The position numbers were made by a program, and so were the translations under genes. Positions 42,104-51,878 of a stretch of 64,000 bases of DNA are shown piece after piece. This stretch comes from Flavobacteriales bacterium (GTDB taxonomy: Bacteria; Bacteroidota; Bacteroidia; Flavobacteriales_D; CAJJDF01), in the NCBI GenBank assembly GCA_018609055.1, contig JABAYJ010000005.1, positions 46,915-110,914 of the forward strand, given 5' to 3'. Positions within the stretch are counted from its first letter, which is position 1, and the number at the start of each line of letters is the position of its first letter. A model generated the notes under the pieces. That model was not told the origin of the DNA, did no database searches, and saw only the letters and a program-made list of their open reading frames with translations.

Positions 42104-42152
42104 TAGATTAAAATCTATAATATATAATAAACTAAAAAGAGTGTCGTTATAG

Positions 42153-42380
42153 ATGTATAATCAAAACATATATATGGATAAAAAAATTACTCTAAACAAC
42201 TTAACGGAATTTTACAAAAATGAAAAGAAACTTTCTCAATTCCTTGTGGATATGAAGGATTCTAGTTCATATTTTAATCCAGTAAGTGATTCTACAATTT
42301 CTAATATTATGGCTTATGCAAAAGCTTTAAGCATCAGAAATTCCAAACATTTAGGTAAAATTGATTTTGTATTAAATTGA
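42153..42380 (+). CDS. Small hypothetical protein
   Basis: Ends PVSDSTISNIMAYAKALS...IDFVLN, followed by a terminator; alternative start 42174. Confidence 0.65.
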   Translation: MYNQNIYMDKKITLNNLTEFYKNEKKLSQFLVDMKDSSSYFNPVSDSTISNIMAYAKALSIRNSKHLGKIDFVLN

Positions 42381-42399
42381 TTTTCACCTTGCCCTAATT

Positions 42400-42437
42400 A
42401 AAAAGAGTGTTTCCATTTCGGTACACTCTTTTTTTTT
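42400..42437 (+). terminator. Rho-independent terminator
   Basis: AAAAAGAGTGT...ACACTCTTTTT plus T run. Confidence 0.75.
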
Positions 42438-42451
42438 GTTAACCTTGTACT

Positions 42452-43684
42452 ATGAGCATAGTTTACGCCCTTATTATTCGTTTTTATCGCATCATGATTG
42501 GCTTGGTTTCTTTATGGAACCCAAAAGCTAAGAATTGGATTGTTGGTAGAAAAGATTGGGAAAGTAAACTAAATCAAAAAATGGGAACCAAAGAAAATAT
42601 TCATTGGTTTCATTGTGCATCTTTGGGCGAATTTGAACAAGCTCGTCCTCTTATCGAAAAGATAAAATCAGAAAAGTCTAGCTCGTCAATTTTAGTCTCT
42701 TTTTTCTCTCCATCTGGATACGAACAAAGAAAAAATTATGAGTTAGCAGATTACGTTTGTTACCTTCCTTTGGATACAAAACGAAATACCAAAAAGTTCA
42801 TTTCGAGCTTAAATATTACCAAAGCATTTTTTGTTAAATACGAAGTTTGGCCAAATTATTTCAAAGAATTAAACCGTCAGAAAATAGACTTCTATATTAT
42901 TTCTGCTACATTCCGTAAGAGTCAAATTTACTTTAAACCAACAGGAATTTGGTTCAAGAATTTATTGAAGTTACCTACTCAAATTTTTGTTCAAGAAGAA
43001 GCGTCTAAAATTTTGTTATCAGAAAATAATATCGAGAGTATTGTGTCAGGAGATACTCGATATGATAGAGTTTTGTCTACTTCTAAAAAATCAACTCCAA
43101 ACCCAATAATCGAACAATTTTACAGTAGTAAATTTACGCTTATAGCTGGTAGTTCATGGGAGAAAGAAGAAGAACTTATCTTAAAGGCTTTTTACGCTTC
43201 AAACAGTTCGTTTAAGGTTGTTTTTGCTCCACATGATATTAGCGAAAGCCATGTAAAGGGGATAGTTGATAGAGTAAAAAAAGAATCTAAATATATTAAA
43301 TATTCCGACATTAAAGAAGGCGTAAATTTACAGGAATATGATATTTTAATTTTAGATAATATTGGTTTGCTATCCAATGCTTATCAATATGGTTCTGTAG
43401 CATTTATTGGAGGAGGATTTAATAACGCGCTTCACAATATTTTGGAACCAGCTACTTTTGGTTTGCCAGTTTTTTATGGTAATAATCACGAAAAATTCCC
43501 TGAGGCAAACGACATGAAATTGAATGGAGCTGGAGTTGATATTGAAGGTTATCTGGATTTTGAAAAGGAGCTTGAATTGATTCTTGAAGACAAAGAATTG
43601 TTGGCTAAAAAAATGGAATTAAACAAAAATTTCATCCAATCTAGAACTGGTGCAACTAAACTAATTTATACGCATTGTATATAA
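42452..43684 (+). CDS. waaA: 3-deoxy-D-manno-octulosonic acid (Kdo) transferase
   Basis: WFHCASLGEF, YLPLD, KYEVWPN, GDTRYD, HNILEPA. Confidence 0.92.
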   Translation: MSIVYALIIRFYRIMIGLVSLWNPKAKNWIVGRKDWESKLNQKMGTKENIHWFHCASLGEFEQARPLIEKIKSEKSSSSILVSFFSPSGYEQRKNYELADYVCYLPLDTKRNTKKFISSLNITKAFFVKYEVWPNYFKELNRQKIDFYIISATFRKSQIYFKPTGIWFKNLLKLPTQIFVQEEASKILLSENNIESIVSGDTRYDRVLSTSKKSTPNPIIEQFYSSKFTLIAGSSWEKEEELILKAFYASNSSFKVVFAPHDISESHVKGIVDRVKKESKYIKYSDIKEGVNLQEYDILILDNIGLLSNAYQYGSVAFIGGGFNNALHNILEPATFGLPVFYGNNHEKFPEANDMKLNGAGVDIEGYLDFEKELELILEDKELLAKKMELNKNFIQSRTGATKLIYTHCI

Positions 43685-43770
43685 GCAAAGTGGTATAAAA
43701 TTAAGATTTATTCGCTTTGTCAATCCGTTTATCTTTAATACATTCACACTTCAAAATTTTTATTCTAACT

Positions 43771-46089
43771 ATGAGGAATTTTTTTTCAATTTTACTTGCC
43801 TTATTTATCACTTTAAGTTCTTTTGCTCAAGAGGGAACTATCAAAGGTTTTGTTTACGATAAAGAGTCTGGTGAGCCAGTTATTTTTACTACGGTAATGC
43901 TAAAGGGAACCTCAATTGGAATCTCAACAGATGTAAATGGATATTACAGTATTACTAAAATTGCTCCAGGAGATTATATACTTACTGTAGCAAACTTATC
44001 TTATCAATCATTTGAGTTTCCTGTATCAATAGGAAAGAACACCATTATTTCTAAAAACATTTATTTAGTTGAAGACACCAAAATGTTAGAAGAGTTTGAT
44101 GTAAGTGCGGAGCAACAAGAAGCAAGGACTGAGATAAAAATGTCTATGACCAAAGCAACTGGTGATGACATAAAAGATATTCCTGCTATTGGAGGAGATG
44201 CAGATATTGCTACATATTTCCAAACGGTACCAGGGGTTGTAACCACTGGAGATCAAGGTGGGCAAATGTATGTAAGAGGTGGTTCGCCAATTCAAAACAA
44301 AGTATTGTTGGATGGAATGATTATTTACAATCCTTTTCACTCAATAGGTTTTTTCTCGGTTTTTGAAACAGAAATTATTCGTAACGCAGATATTTATACA
44401 GGAGGATTTAATGCTGAGCACGGAGGTAGAATTTCTTCTATTATGGATATTACTACTCGTGATGGAAATCCAAACTCGACTAAAGTAAGGTTTTCTGCAT
44501 CACCATTTATGGCTAAAGTAGTGCTTGAAGGACCACTTAAAAAACCTAAAAAAGAAGGTGATGGATCTATTTCTTATGTACTTACAGGGAAACATTCTTA
44601 TTTAGATCAAACATCAAAAGTACTTTATCCTTACATAGATACTACAGGTGAGGGACTTCCTTTTGGATTTACAGATTTATACGGAAAATTGACTTTTAGA
44701 GGAAGAAACGGAAGTAAATTTAATCTGTTTGGATTTAACTTTAGAGATAATGTAAACTACCGTTCTATTTCTAATTTAAGCTGGGGATCATGGGGAGTTG
44801 GATCTAATTTTTTATTAGTACCTGGAACCTCAAGAGTATTAATTGAAGGTAAATTCTCTATATCTGACTATAACTTAAATCTAACAGAACTTAATGGGCA
44901 AACTCGTTCTTCTGGGATAAACAGTTTTAATTTTGGTTTTGATTTTAAGTATTTCATAAAAGAAAGTGAATTAAAATATGGAATTGAAGTTTCTGGTTTT
45001 GGGACGAAATTTAGTTATGTAAATTCTACAAATGCAACTATATCACAAGAGGAAAACACAACCGAAATTGGTTCGTATGTTTCGTATAGAATTGTAAAAG
45101 GATTAATGGTAATAGAGCCAAGTTTTAGGTTGCAGTATTATGCTACTTTAAAAGAAGCTTCCCCTGAGCCAAGACTTGGGTTTAAGTATAACGTAGATGA
45201 AAATTTCAGAATTAAGTTAGCAGCTGGTATGTACTCTCAAAACTTAATTGCTGCAAACTCTGATAGAGATGTGGTAAACTTGTTTTACGGGTTCTTATCT
45301 GGACCAGAAAACTTACAAAATGAATTTACTGACGAAGATGGAAACACAAGAGATGTAACGCACTCACTTCAAAAAGCGAATCACTTAATTGTAGGGGCTG
45401 AGGTAGATTTATCTAAAAAAGTAAGTGTTAACGTAGAAGGTTACTACAAAAGATTTACTCAGCTTACAAACATCAATAGAAACAAGATATTTAACGAAAG
45501 TGATGGTTTAGATGTTCCTGAAATTTTGGTTAAGGATTTTGTAATTGAAACAGGTGATGCTTACGGAATTGATTTTGTTACTACTTACACAAATAAAAAA
45601 CTTCACTTATGGGGAGTATATTCTTTAGGTAAAGTTACGAGATGGGATGGTGTTAGAACATACTCCCCTGTATTTGACAGAAGACATTCGATTAACTTTT
45701 TGGGGACTTACAAGTTCGGTAAAAACCAAGATTGGCAAATAAATGCTAGATGGAATTTTGGAACAGGATTGCCATTTACACAAACTCAAGGTTACTACCA
45801 AAAGATTGATTTTGACGAAGGAACAGGAACAGATATTACTCAAGCTAACGCAGATGAGTTAACAGCTGTTTACGCTAATCTTAACGAAGGAAGATTACCA
45901 ACTTACCACAGGTTTGATGTAAACATCAAAAAACTAATCGAGTTGGAAAACTCTGAGATAGAATTGAATTTTGGAATCACAAATATCTACAACCGTGAAA
46001 ACATCTTTTACGTAGATAGATTAACTGCTGAAAAAATATATCAATTACCAATACTGCCTAGTTTTGGAATTGCTTGGAGTCTTAATTAA
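43771..46089 (+). CDS. TonB-dependent receptor with N-terminal CarboxypepD_reg-like domain
   Basis: Signal peptide; plug motifs VPGV, YVRGGSP.QN, YTGGFNAEHGGRISS; RLPTYHRFD, NIYNREN; likely start ATG 43771. Confidence 0.9.
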   Translation: MRNFFSILLALFITLSSFAQEGTIKGFVYDKESGEPVIFTTVMLKGTSIGISTDVNGYYSITKIAPGDYILTVANLSYQSFEFPVSIGKNTIISKNIYLVEDTKMLEEFDVSAEQQEARTEIKMSMTKATGDDIKDIPAIGGDADIATYFQTVPGVVTTGDQGGQMYVRGGSPIQNKVLLDGMIIYNPFHSIGFFSVFETEIIRNADIYTGGFNAEHGGRISSIMDITTRDGNPNSTKVRFSASPFMAKVVLEGPLKKPKKEGDGSISYVLTGKHSYLDQTSKVLYPYIDTTGEGLPFGFTDLYGKLTFRGRNGSKFNLFGFNFRDNVNYRSISNLSWGSWGVGSNFLLVPGTSRVLIEGKFSISDYNLNLTELNGQTRSSGINSFNFGFDFKYFIKESELKYGIEVSGFGTKFSYVNSTNATISQEENTTEIGSYVSYRIVKGLMVIEPSFRLQYYATLKEASPEPRLGFKYNVDENFRIKLAAGMYSQNLIAANSDRDVVNLFYGFLSGPENLQNEFTDEDGNTRDVTHSLQKANHLIVGAEVDLSKKVSVNVEGYYKRFTQLTNINRNKIFNESDGLDVPEILVKDFVIETGDAYGIDFVTTYTNKKLHLWGVYSLGKVTRWDGVRTYSPVFDRRHSINFLGTYKFGKNQDWQINARWNFGTGLPFTQTQGYYQKIDFDEGTGTDITQANADELTAVYANLNEGRLPTYHRFDVNIKKLIELENSEIELNFGITNIYNRENIFYVDRLTAEKIYQLPILPSFGIAWSLN

Positions 46090-46119
46090 TTTAGAGTCAC
46101 ATCTCTTAATAATCTCTAA

Positions 46120-46137
46120 TCTTAACAATTGTTAAGA
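46120..46137. promoter_or_regulatory. Perfect 18-bp palindrome, candidate operator
   Basis: TCTTAACAATTGTTAAGA in the intergenic region. Confidence 0.45.
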
Positions 46138-46219
46138 AATAGTTTGTTGATTTTTTCTTATCAATTGTCAAGTAAATGTGATTTTGAGTTTTATAAATTT
46201 GTATTCAAAAAAAACACAA

Positions 46220-46885
46220 ATGGAAAAGGCTCTGAAATCTATTTTAAGTATAACCATCGTTTTAAACTTTGGAATTAACACCTATTCTCAATCAATTGAA
46301 CAAAATAAAAATGAACTGGTAATCTTAGCAGGTACCATTCAACCTTTCCTTTTACAAGGGGGAAATTTTGAAGTTGATTTTTACACTTCAAAAATGGTGT
46401 TCAACTATTCTCATGGTTTTTCCTTAGATATGAATAGTGAAAAAGGGACAACAGTTGGTGAGGTTAAAGAACAGAGTCTAGCAATTCACTTACCATATAG
46501 CACAGGGTTTGGAATTGGGTATAGATTAAACAAATATTTTGATGTTCGAATAGAAACCAAAATGCATAAGTTTAATATCTATTACGACAGTACAGACCGT
46601 AAAAAAAGTTTGAACCAAATAACAGATTACAGAACAATTACAGTTGGATTAGGCGGCTATTTCAGATGGAAACCTTTCGAGAAAAATGAAAATTGGACTA
46701 AAGGAATTTTCACTTCAACAAGCCTAAGATTTTGGCCGAAGGTGAGCTCATCCTTAAAGAATGGTGAGGTTAATTACTATAACAGAATTACACTTAAAAA
46801 CGAAACACATAAAACAGCAAATATTGGAATAGCTAATTCACTTATCATTTTCAATTTTTCAATAGGATATTCTGTACAGTTTTAG
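46220..46885 (+). CDS. Hypothetical outer-membrane beta-barrel protein
   Basis: Signal-like N-terminus, amphipathic strands, C-terminal FSIGYSVQF; likely start ATG 46220. Confidence 0.65.
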   Translation: MEKALKSILSITIVLNFGINTYSQSIEQNKNELVILAGTIQPFLLQGGNFEVDFYTSKMVFNYSHGFSLDMNSEKGTTVGEVKEQSLAIHLPYSTGFGIGYRLNKYFDVRIETKMHKFNIYYDSTDRKKSLNQITDYRTITVGLGGYFRWKPFEKNENWTKGIFTSTSLRFWPKVSSSLKNGEVNYYNRITLKNETHKTANIGIANSLIIFNFSIGYSVQF

Positions 46886-47343
46886 TCTTCCAAAGTTTTA
46901 AATATTTCACCAAAGTCGTCCCAAAAATCGTGGGCGCTTACTATGTTTTTTTCAAGAAACTGAAAGATTTCTTGCCAAGTATCTTTATTAAAGATAGATA
47001 TATTAGGCAGCTCCACATATATTCTTGAAACATCTCCGTAATCGGTATCGTAATTTGGCTCCCAAGTAAGATTGTGTTCAAAAGAATCGGTAATTACTGA
47101 TTTCAGTTCTTCAAATTGCTCGTAAAACAAAGCGCGCATCCCATCATCATTATGTTGAATATCAAAAGAGAAGAAAGCCTTTTTTTTGGTAATATCTAAC
47201 CTGAAATAGATGTCCTTACACTTAGTATTGTAGTTTACCCAACGAATTTTGTTTTCATACAAATGATTGTACTTTTTCATGTATACCCCAAAAGAGGTCC
47301 AGAAGTCTTTTCGTAGTCTTTTACTTTCTTCTTTTGAGTACAT
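46882..47343 (-). CDS. DUF4268-like protein
   Basis: MYSKEESKRLRKDFWTSFG, WVNYNT, W.EIFQFL, DFWDDF; likely start ATG 47343. Confidence 0.7.
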   Translation of the reverse strand: MYSKEESKRLRKDFWTSFGVYMKKYNHLYENKIRWVNYNTKCKDIYFRLDITKKKAFFSFDIQHNDDGMRALFYEQFEELKSVITDSFEHNLTWEPNYDTDYGDVSRIYVELPNISIFNKDTWQEIFQFLEKNIVSAHDFWDDFGEIFKTLED

Positions 47344-47533
47344 AGTTTCTTTTATTGTATGGAAATGTAAAGAAACTAATTTTTTGATAAACATAAAATT
47401 CTTTATCAATTACCGTTTAATCAATAATGTATCCCATTGACTCAAAAGTAAGGTAGATACACCAAAATTCATTAACAAAGCGCTAACAATTACGTACATT
47501 ATGGTATAATAACGATCTTAAAAACAACAGACT

Positions 47534-48268
47534 ATGAAACTTAACACTATCATAATTGATGACGAAGCAAATGCTAGAGAAAATTTACAAATACTCATAA
47601 ATGACTATTGTCCTAGTCTAAATGTTGTTGGAATGGCAAGTAATGTAAATCAAGCCAAGATTCTTATCAATCAATTTAATCCCGAAGTAGTTTTTTTAGA
47701 CATAGCAATGCCAGGAGGTGACGGTTTTTCTTTGCTAGATCAATATGACGACAGAAAATTTTCTGTGGTGTTTACAACAGCACATTCGGAGTATGCCTTA
47801 AAAGCTTACAAGGCTGACGCCATTGATTATATCCAAAAACCTATAGATATTGATGAATTACAAAAGGCTCAAGAAAAAGTAATGAAATTGAGTAACTTAG
47901 TATGGGATGACAAACATAAAAACCAAGCAACTACTGAAGATGAAATAGCTAAAATTGCTATTCCAACACGAAGTGGTTACATGTTTATTGAGAATAAAGA
48001 CATATTATATTTTAAGGCAAGTGAAAATTATACCGAAATATTTTTGACTTCAGGTAAAAGAATAATTAGTAGTAAAACTATAAAGAGATATGAGGAAAAA
48101 GTTAGCCCACATATTTTTTACCGAGTTCATAAGTCATTTATTATCAACAAGCACAATCATTTAAAAGAGCTTTCAAGGCAAATGGGAAATTTTGCTGTAA
48201 TGACAAACGGAGAGCATATCCCGATCGCAAGGAGGCGTTTAACTGATTTCATGAAAGAAATTGCTTAA
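47534..48268 (+). CDS. LytTR family response regulator (orphan)
   Basis: IIDDE, FLDIAMP, FTTA, QKP, FYRVHKSFIIN. Confidence 0.92.
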   Translation: MKLNTIIIDDEANARENLQILINDYCPSLNVVGMASNVNQAKILINQFNPEVVFLDIAMPGGDGFSLLDQYDDRKFSVVFTTAHSEYALKAYKADAIDYIQKPIDIDELQKAQEKVMKLSNLVWDDKHKNQATTEDEIAKIAIPTRSGYMFIENKDILYFKASENYTEIFLTSGKRIISSKTIKRYEEKVSPHIFYRVHKSFIINKHNHLKELSRQMGNFAVMTNGEHIPIARRRLTDFMKEIA

Positions 48269-48352
48269 GCATTTAAATATCTTGTCTTAGCTGAATAGGA
48301 ATAAATTCACTAATAATTGTTATAGTTAAATCTAACAAAGAAATAATTAGAA

Positions 48353-48843
48353 ATGAGTTTAGAAGATATTCAAAGAAAAGCAGCTGAAGCAGCTAGAAAT
48401 GCACAAGCTAATTTAAATAGTGACGAAAGTGTAGTTAATTCACAAATTGCTGAAGTACAAATTTTATTCAGGCTGGGGGTGTAGATACTTCAAGAATGGA
48501 GATTCAATATGACAACAATACATTTCACTTAGGAGGAACTGTAGAAACAGGAGAACAACTTCAGAAATTAGCCGAGGTAACTACTAATTCTGGTTCATCT
48601 AGTGCAATTGTAAACAATGTCGAATTGGAAGATTTAACTCCAAGAAACATAATGATGAAGGTTGTTACTAAAGGAAGTAATCTTAATGTTAGATGAGGAG
48701 CTGGAACTGACCATGATGTAGTTGGTAAGTTTCCAAACGGAAGCGAAGTGCAAATTGTAAGAAAACCACAAACTGACTGGTACCATTTTAAATCTAGTGG
48801 AGTAGAAGGATATTGCCACACTAATTTCTTGAAAGAAATATAG
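48353..48843 (+). pseudogene. BON-like plus bacterial SH3 domain protein, disrupted by a frameshift and an in-frame TGA
   Basis: ATG 48353; frame change near 48460; ...FHLGGTVET...IVNNVEL...VVTKGSNLNVR*GAGTDHDVVGKFPNGSEV...DWY...EGYCHTNFL to TAG 48841-48843. Confidence 0.78.
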
Positions 48844-48868
48844 AGTTCAAAATAAATTTATAGAAATT

Positions 48869-48896
48869 AAAGAGGTGTTTTTACACCTCTTTTTTT
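48869..48896 (+). terminator. Rho-independent terminator overlapping the recQ 3' end
   Basis: AAAGAGGTGT...ACACCTCTTT plus T run. Confidence 0.7.
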
Positions 48897-50803
48897 GTGA
48901 GTTTTAATTGGTGATTTTCAGTTTGGATAAATTCGTTATTATCTAGTTTCCATCTAATTACTTTAATCACCTCTTTTTCATCAATAGAATTCAAACTATT
49001 GACTAAATCTTTAATACTCTTGCTTTTTGATTGCAATAAGTCAATCAGTTTTTTTTCAATGTATGAAAAGGTATCGTTCGAAATAGTTTTTTTGGTTTGA
49101 GCCAAACAGACATCACAAATTTCACAGTTTTCAAATTCTGTTTCATCAAAATAAGATAACAATAGTTTACTTCTGCAAATTACTTCCGATTCGCAATATT
49201 TAAGCATAAAATCTAACTGAGATTTCTTTATTCTTTTTCTGTCGGCATATATTTCTTTTGGTATTCTAAGTCTGTCTTCGTGAGCTCTATCTTGAGTGTA
49301 AGTTAGCAATGGAACATCAGATGCTGGTTGGTAATCAATTATATCCAAAGAAGTTAGGTGGGTAAGCATTGTTTCTACTTCTTTTTCAGTTTTTTTAAGA
49401 GCGTTACCAATTAAGTAGGGAGATATTTTACAATAGCTATCAAAGATTCCTTCATTCTTCCTCAGTAAAAACTGAATTAAACCCTCGTAAGGCGCATTTC
49501 TTACTTGGAAAGTATAAAGCTCCGAGTTGGAAACCAAAGATTTAACTCTAGAAGGACGATAAATAGCTTCGGATAAGAAAATATAATCGGCCAGAGCCAA
49601 AATAGATAGGCAGTGGTGAGCAATAATTACCTGAAAATTAAACTGATTGCAAAATTCAGTAATGTTAAACTCATAGTTAGAAAACTGGCCTCCACCAATC
49701 GCCAATCTAAAGTAATTTCCAAGAGCGTTATATACTTTTTTGATAATATCCAATTCTGGAAACTCCAGTTCATGGAATCTTTCTAGGCTTAGTTTATCAC
49801 TTGGTTTGTAAAGCAGTGCAGCAAATGATTTTTTGCCATCTCTTCCTGCTCTTCCTGCTTCTTGAAAGTAGGCTTCGGGTGAAGCTGGTAATTCCATATG
49901 AACAACTATACGCACATTTGGTTTGTCAATTCCCATCCCAAAAGCATTAGTAGCAACAATAGTTTTTACTTTTTCATCAATCCAGTTTTTTTGTTTTTCA
50001 TCTCGGTCTTGTTGGCCTAAACCTCCATGGTAATAATCGGCAGAAATTCCATTATGACATAGATAATGGGCAATTTCCATAGTGCTTTTTCTTGTGTTGG
50101 TATAAACGATTGAAGAGCTATTCGCTTTTTTCAAAATCTTAATCAATCGTTCTTTTTTATTCTCTTCTTGAAGAACTAAATATCCAAGATTATCTCTAGC
50201 AAAAGACTGTTTTATGATGTGCTCTTTTTCAATAGATAATTGCTCCGAAACATCATCAATTACTCGTTTATTTGCAGTAGCTGTTACAGCTAAAAACGGA
50301 ATAGACTTATCAATAATATCTCTTAGGTCTTTTATTTTTTGATAAGCTGGTCTAAAATCATGACCCCATTGTGAAATACAATGCGATTCATCTACCGCAA
50401 TTAAATTCACTTTCATTTTGGCAACACGGACCTGAAAAATTTCTGTTTGCAAACGCTCTGGCGAAACATAAAGAAACTTGTAATCGCCATAAACACAGTT
50501 GTCCAAGGCTATATCAATTTCTCGTTTGTTCATTCCCGAGAAAATTGCCAAAGCTTTTATTCCTCTTTTGTTCAGGTTTTCTACCTGATCTTTCATAAGC
50601 GCAATAAGCGGAGAAACTACAATGCAAATTCCCTCATTAAGCATTCCTGGAACCTGATAACAAATAGATTTACCTCCTCCGGTTGGCAACAAAGCAAGCG
50701 TATTATTCCCATCCAAAACGGAATTGATAATATCTTCCTGCGAATCACGAAACGAATCGTAACCCCAGTATTGTTTTAGTATGTCGTGACTATTTTGGCT
50801 CAT
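48881..50803 (-). CDS. recQ: RecQ family ATP-dependent DNA helicase
   Basis: PTGGGKS, DESHCISQWGHDFRP, TATA, AFGMGID, QEAGRAGRDG, CR...CEICDVC; likely start ATG 50803. Confidence 0.92.
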   Translation of the reverse strand: MSQNSHDILKQYWGYDSFRDSQEDIINSVLDGNNTLALLPTGGGKSICYQVPGMLNEGICIVVSPLIALMKDQVENLNKRGIKALAIFSGMNKREIDIALDNCVYGDYKFLYVSPERLQTEIFQVRVAKMKVNLIAVDESHCISQWGHDFRPAYQKIKDLRDIIDKSIPFLAVTATANKRVIDDVSEQLSIEKEHIIKQSFARDNLGYLVLQEENKKERLIKILKKANSSSIVYTNTRKSTMEIAHYLCHNGISADYYHGGLGQQDRDEKQKNWIDEKVKTIVATNAFGMGIDKPNVRIVVHMELPASPEAYFQEAGRAGRDGKKSFAALLYKPSDKLSLERFHELEFPELDIIKKVYNALGNYFRLAIGGGQFSNYEFNITEFCNQFNFQVIIAHHCLSILALADYIFLSEAIYRPSRVKSLVSNSELYTFQVRNAPYEGLIQFLLRKNEGIFDSYCKISPYLIGNALKKTEKEVETMLTHLTSLDIIDYQPASDVPLLTYTQDRAHEDRLRIPKEIYADRKRIKKSQLDFMLKYCESEVICRSKLLLSYFDETEFENCEICDVCLAQTKKTISNDTFSYIEKKLIDLLQSKSKSIKDLVNSLNSIDEKEVIKVIRWKLDNNEFIQTENHQLKLTKKEV

Positions 50804-50862
50804 TGCAAGGATAAAAATACGAAATGCCAATTGTTTTTTGTTCAATTGTTTCCATTCATTCT

Positions 50863-50870
50863 TATCTTTG
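50863..50870 (+). promoter_or_regulatory. Bacteroidota primary-sigma -7 element
   Basis: TATCTTTG upstream of ATG 50889. Confidence 0.55.
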
Positions 50871-50888
50871 ATAAAACAAATTTGAATT

Positions 50889-51782
50889 ATGCTTACAATT
50901 ACTCCTTCAGAGATTACCGTACCTAAATTGCATCACTATTTATTAGGAGCTGTAGGTCCTCGACCTATTGCATTTGCAAGCACCATTGATAAAGATGGAA
51001 ACAAAAACTTAGCTCCATTTAGTTTTTTCAATGTGTTTAGTGCAAATCCACCAATTATGGTGTTTTCACCTGCTCGAAGTGGACGAACTAATATCACTAA
51101 AAACACATTTGACAATGTAAAAGAAGTAGCTGAAGTAGTAATTAATATTGTGAATTATAGCATTGTTGAACAAATGTCATTGGCAAGTTCACCTTTTGGA
51201 GCTGATGTAGATGAATTTGTAAAATCGGGATTAACACCAATAGCTTCGGAAACGGTAAAGCCATTTAGAGTAAAAGAATCTCCAGTTCAATTTGAGTGCA
51301 AGGTAAACGAGGTAGTAGAGCTTGGAACCGAAGGTGGAGCTGGAAACCTTGTGATTTGCGAAGTAACTAAGATTCATATTGATGAATCTATTTTAGATGA
51401 TAAAGGAGCAATAGATCAGCATAAAATTGATTTAGTTTCTCGTATGGGAGGGAACTGGTATTGCCGAGCAAATGCCGAATCCATGTTCGAAATTAAAAAA
51501 CCAATTATGACAATTGGAGTAGGTTATGATGCTATTCCAGAAGATATTAAAAACAGTAATATCCTTTCAGGAAATGATTTAGGTAAATTGGGAGGAATTG
51601 AAGAATTACCTAACGAAACGGACGTAAACGACCACAAACTAATTGAACTAAGCGAATTGTTTGTTGATTTAGAAGATGAACAAGAAAAGCTAGAATTAGA
51701 ACTTCATAAAAGAGCCAAACAAGAACTGAAAGAGGATAAGCTAAAAGAAGCTTGGATGACGCTTTTGGCTTTTAATGAATAA
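50889..51782 (+). CDS. Flavin reductase-like family protein
   Basis: PRPIAFAST, NLAPFSFFN, ESPVQFECK, RMGGNWY. Confidence 0.88.
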   Translation: MLTITPSEITVPKLHHYLLGAVGPRPIAFASTIDKDGNKNLAPFSFFNVFSANPPIMVFSPARSGRTNITKNTFDNVKEVAEVVINIVNYSIVEQMSLASSPFGADVDEFVKSGLTPIASETVKPFRVKESPVQFECKVNEVVELGTEGGAGNLVICEVTKIHIDESILDDKGAIDQHKIDLVSRMGGNWYCRANAESMFEIKKPIMTIGVGYDAIPEDIKNSNILSGNDLGKLGGIEELPNETDVNDHKLIELSELFVDLEDEQEKLELELHKRAKQELKEDKLKEAWMTLLAFNE

Positions 51783-51841
51783 TTGTTGATAGATTGTGAG
51801 TATAGGTTTCTATTAATGATAGAAATCTAATTTTGAATTAA

Positions 51842-51849
51842 TACCTTTG
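51842..51849 (+). promoter_or_regulatory. Bacteroidota primary-sigma -7 element
   Basis: TACCTTTG upstream of ATG 51879. Confidence 0.55.
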
Positions 51850-51878
51850 TGCATCTTAAATAATATAAAAAATAAGCA

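Noticed and set aside
48694-48696. In-frame TGA as selenocysteine or recoded Trp; in-frame TAAs as an alternative genetic code
   Set aside because: The same gene is also frameshifted and the position is not a Cys/Trp site. TGA and TAA end many normal genes here, and Trp is encoded by TGG.
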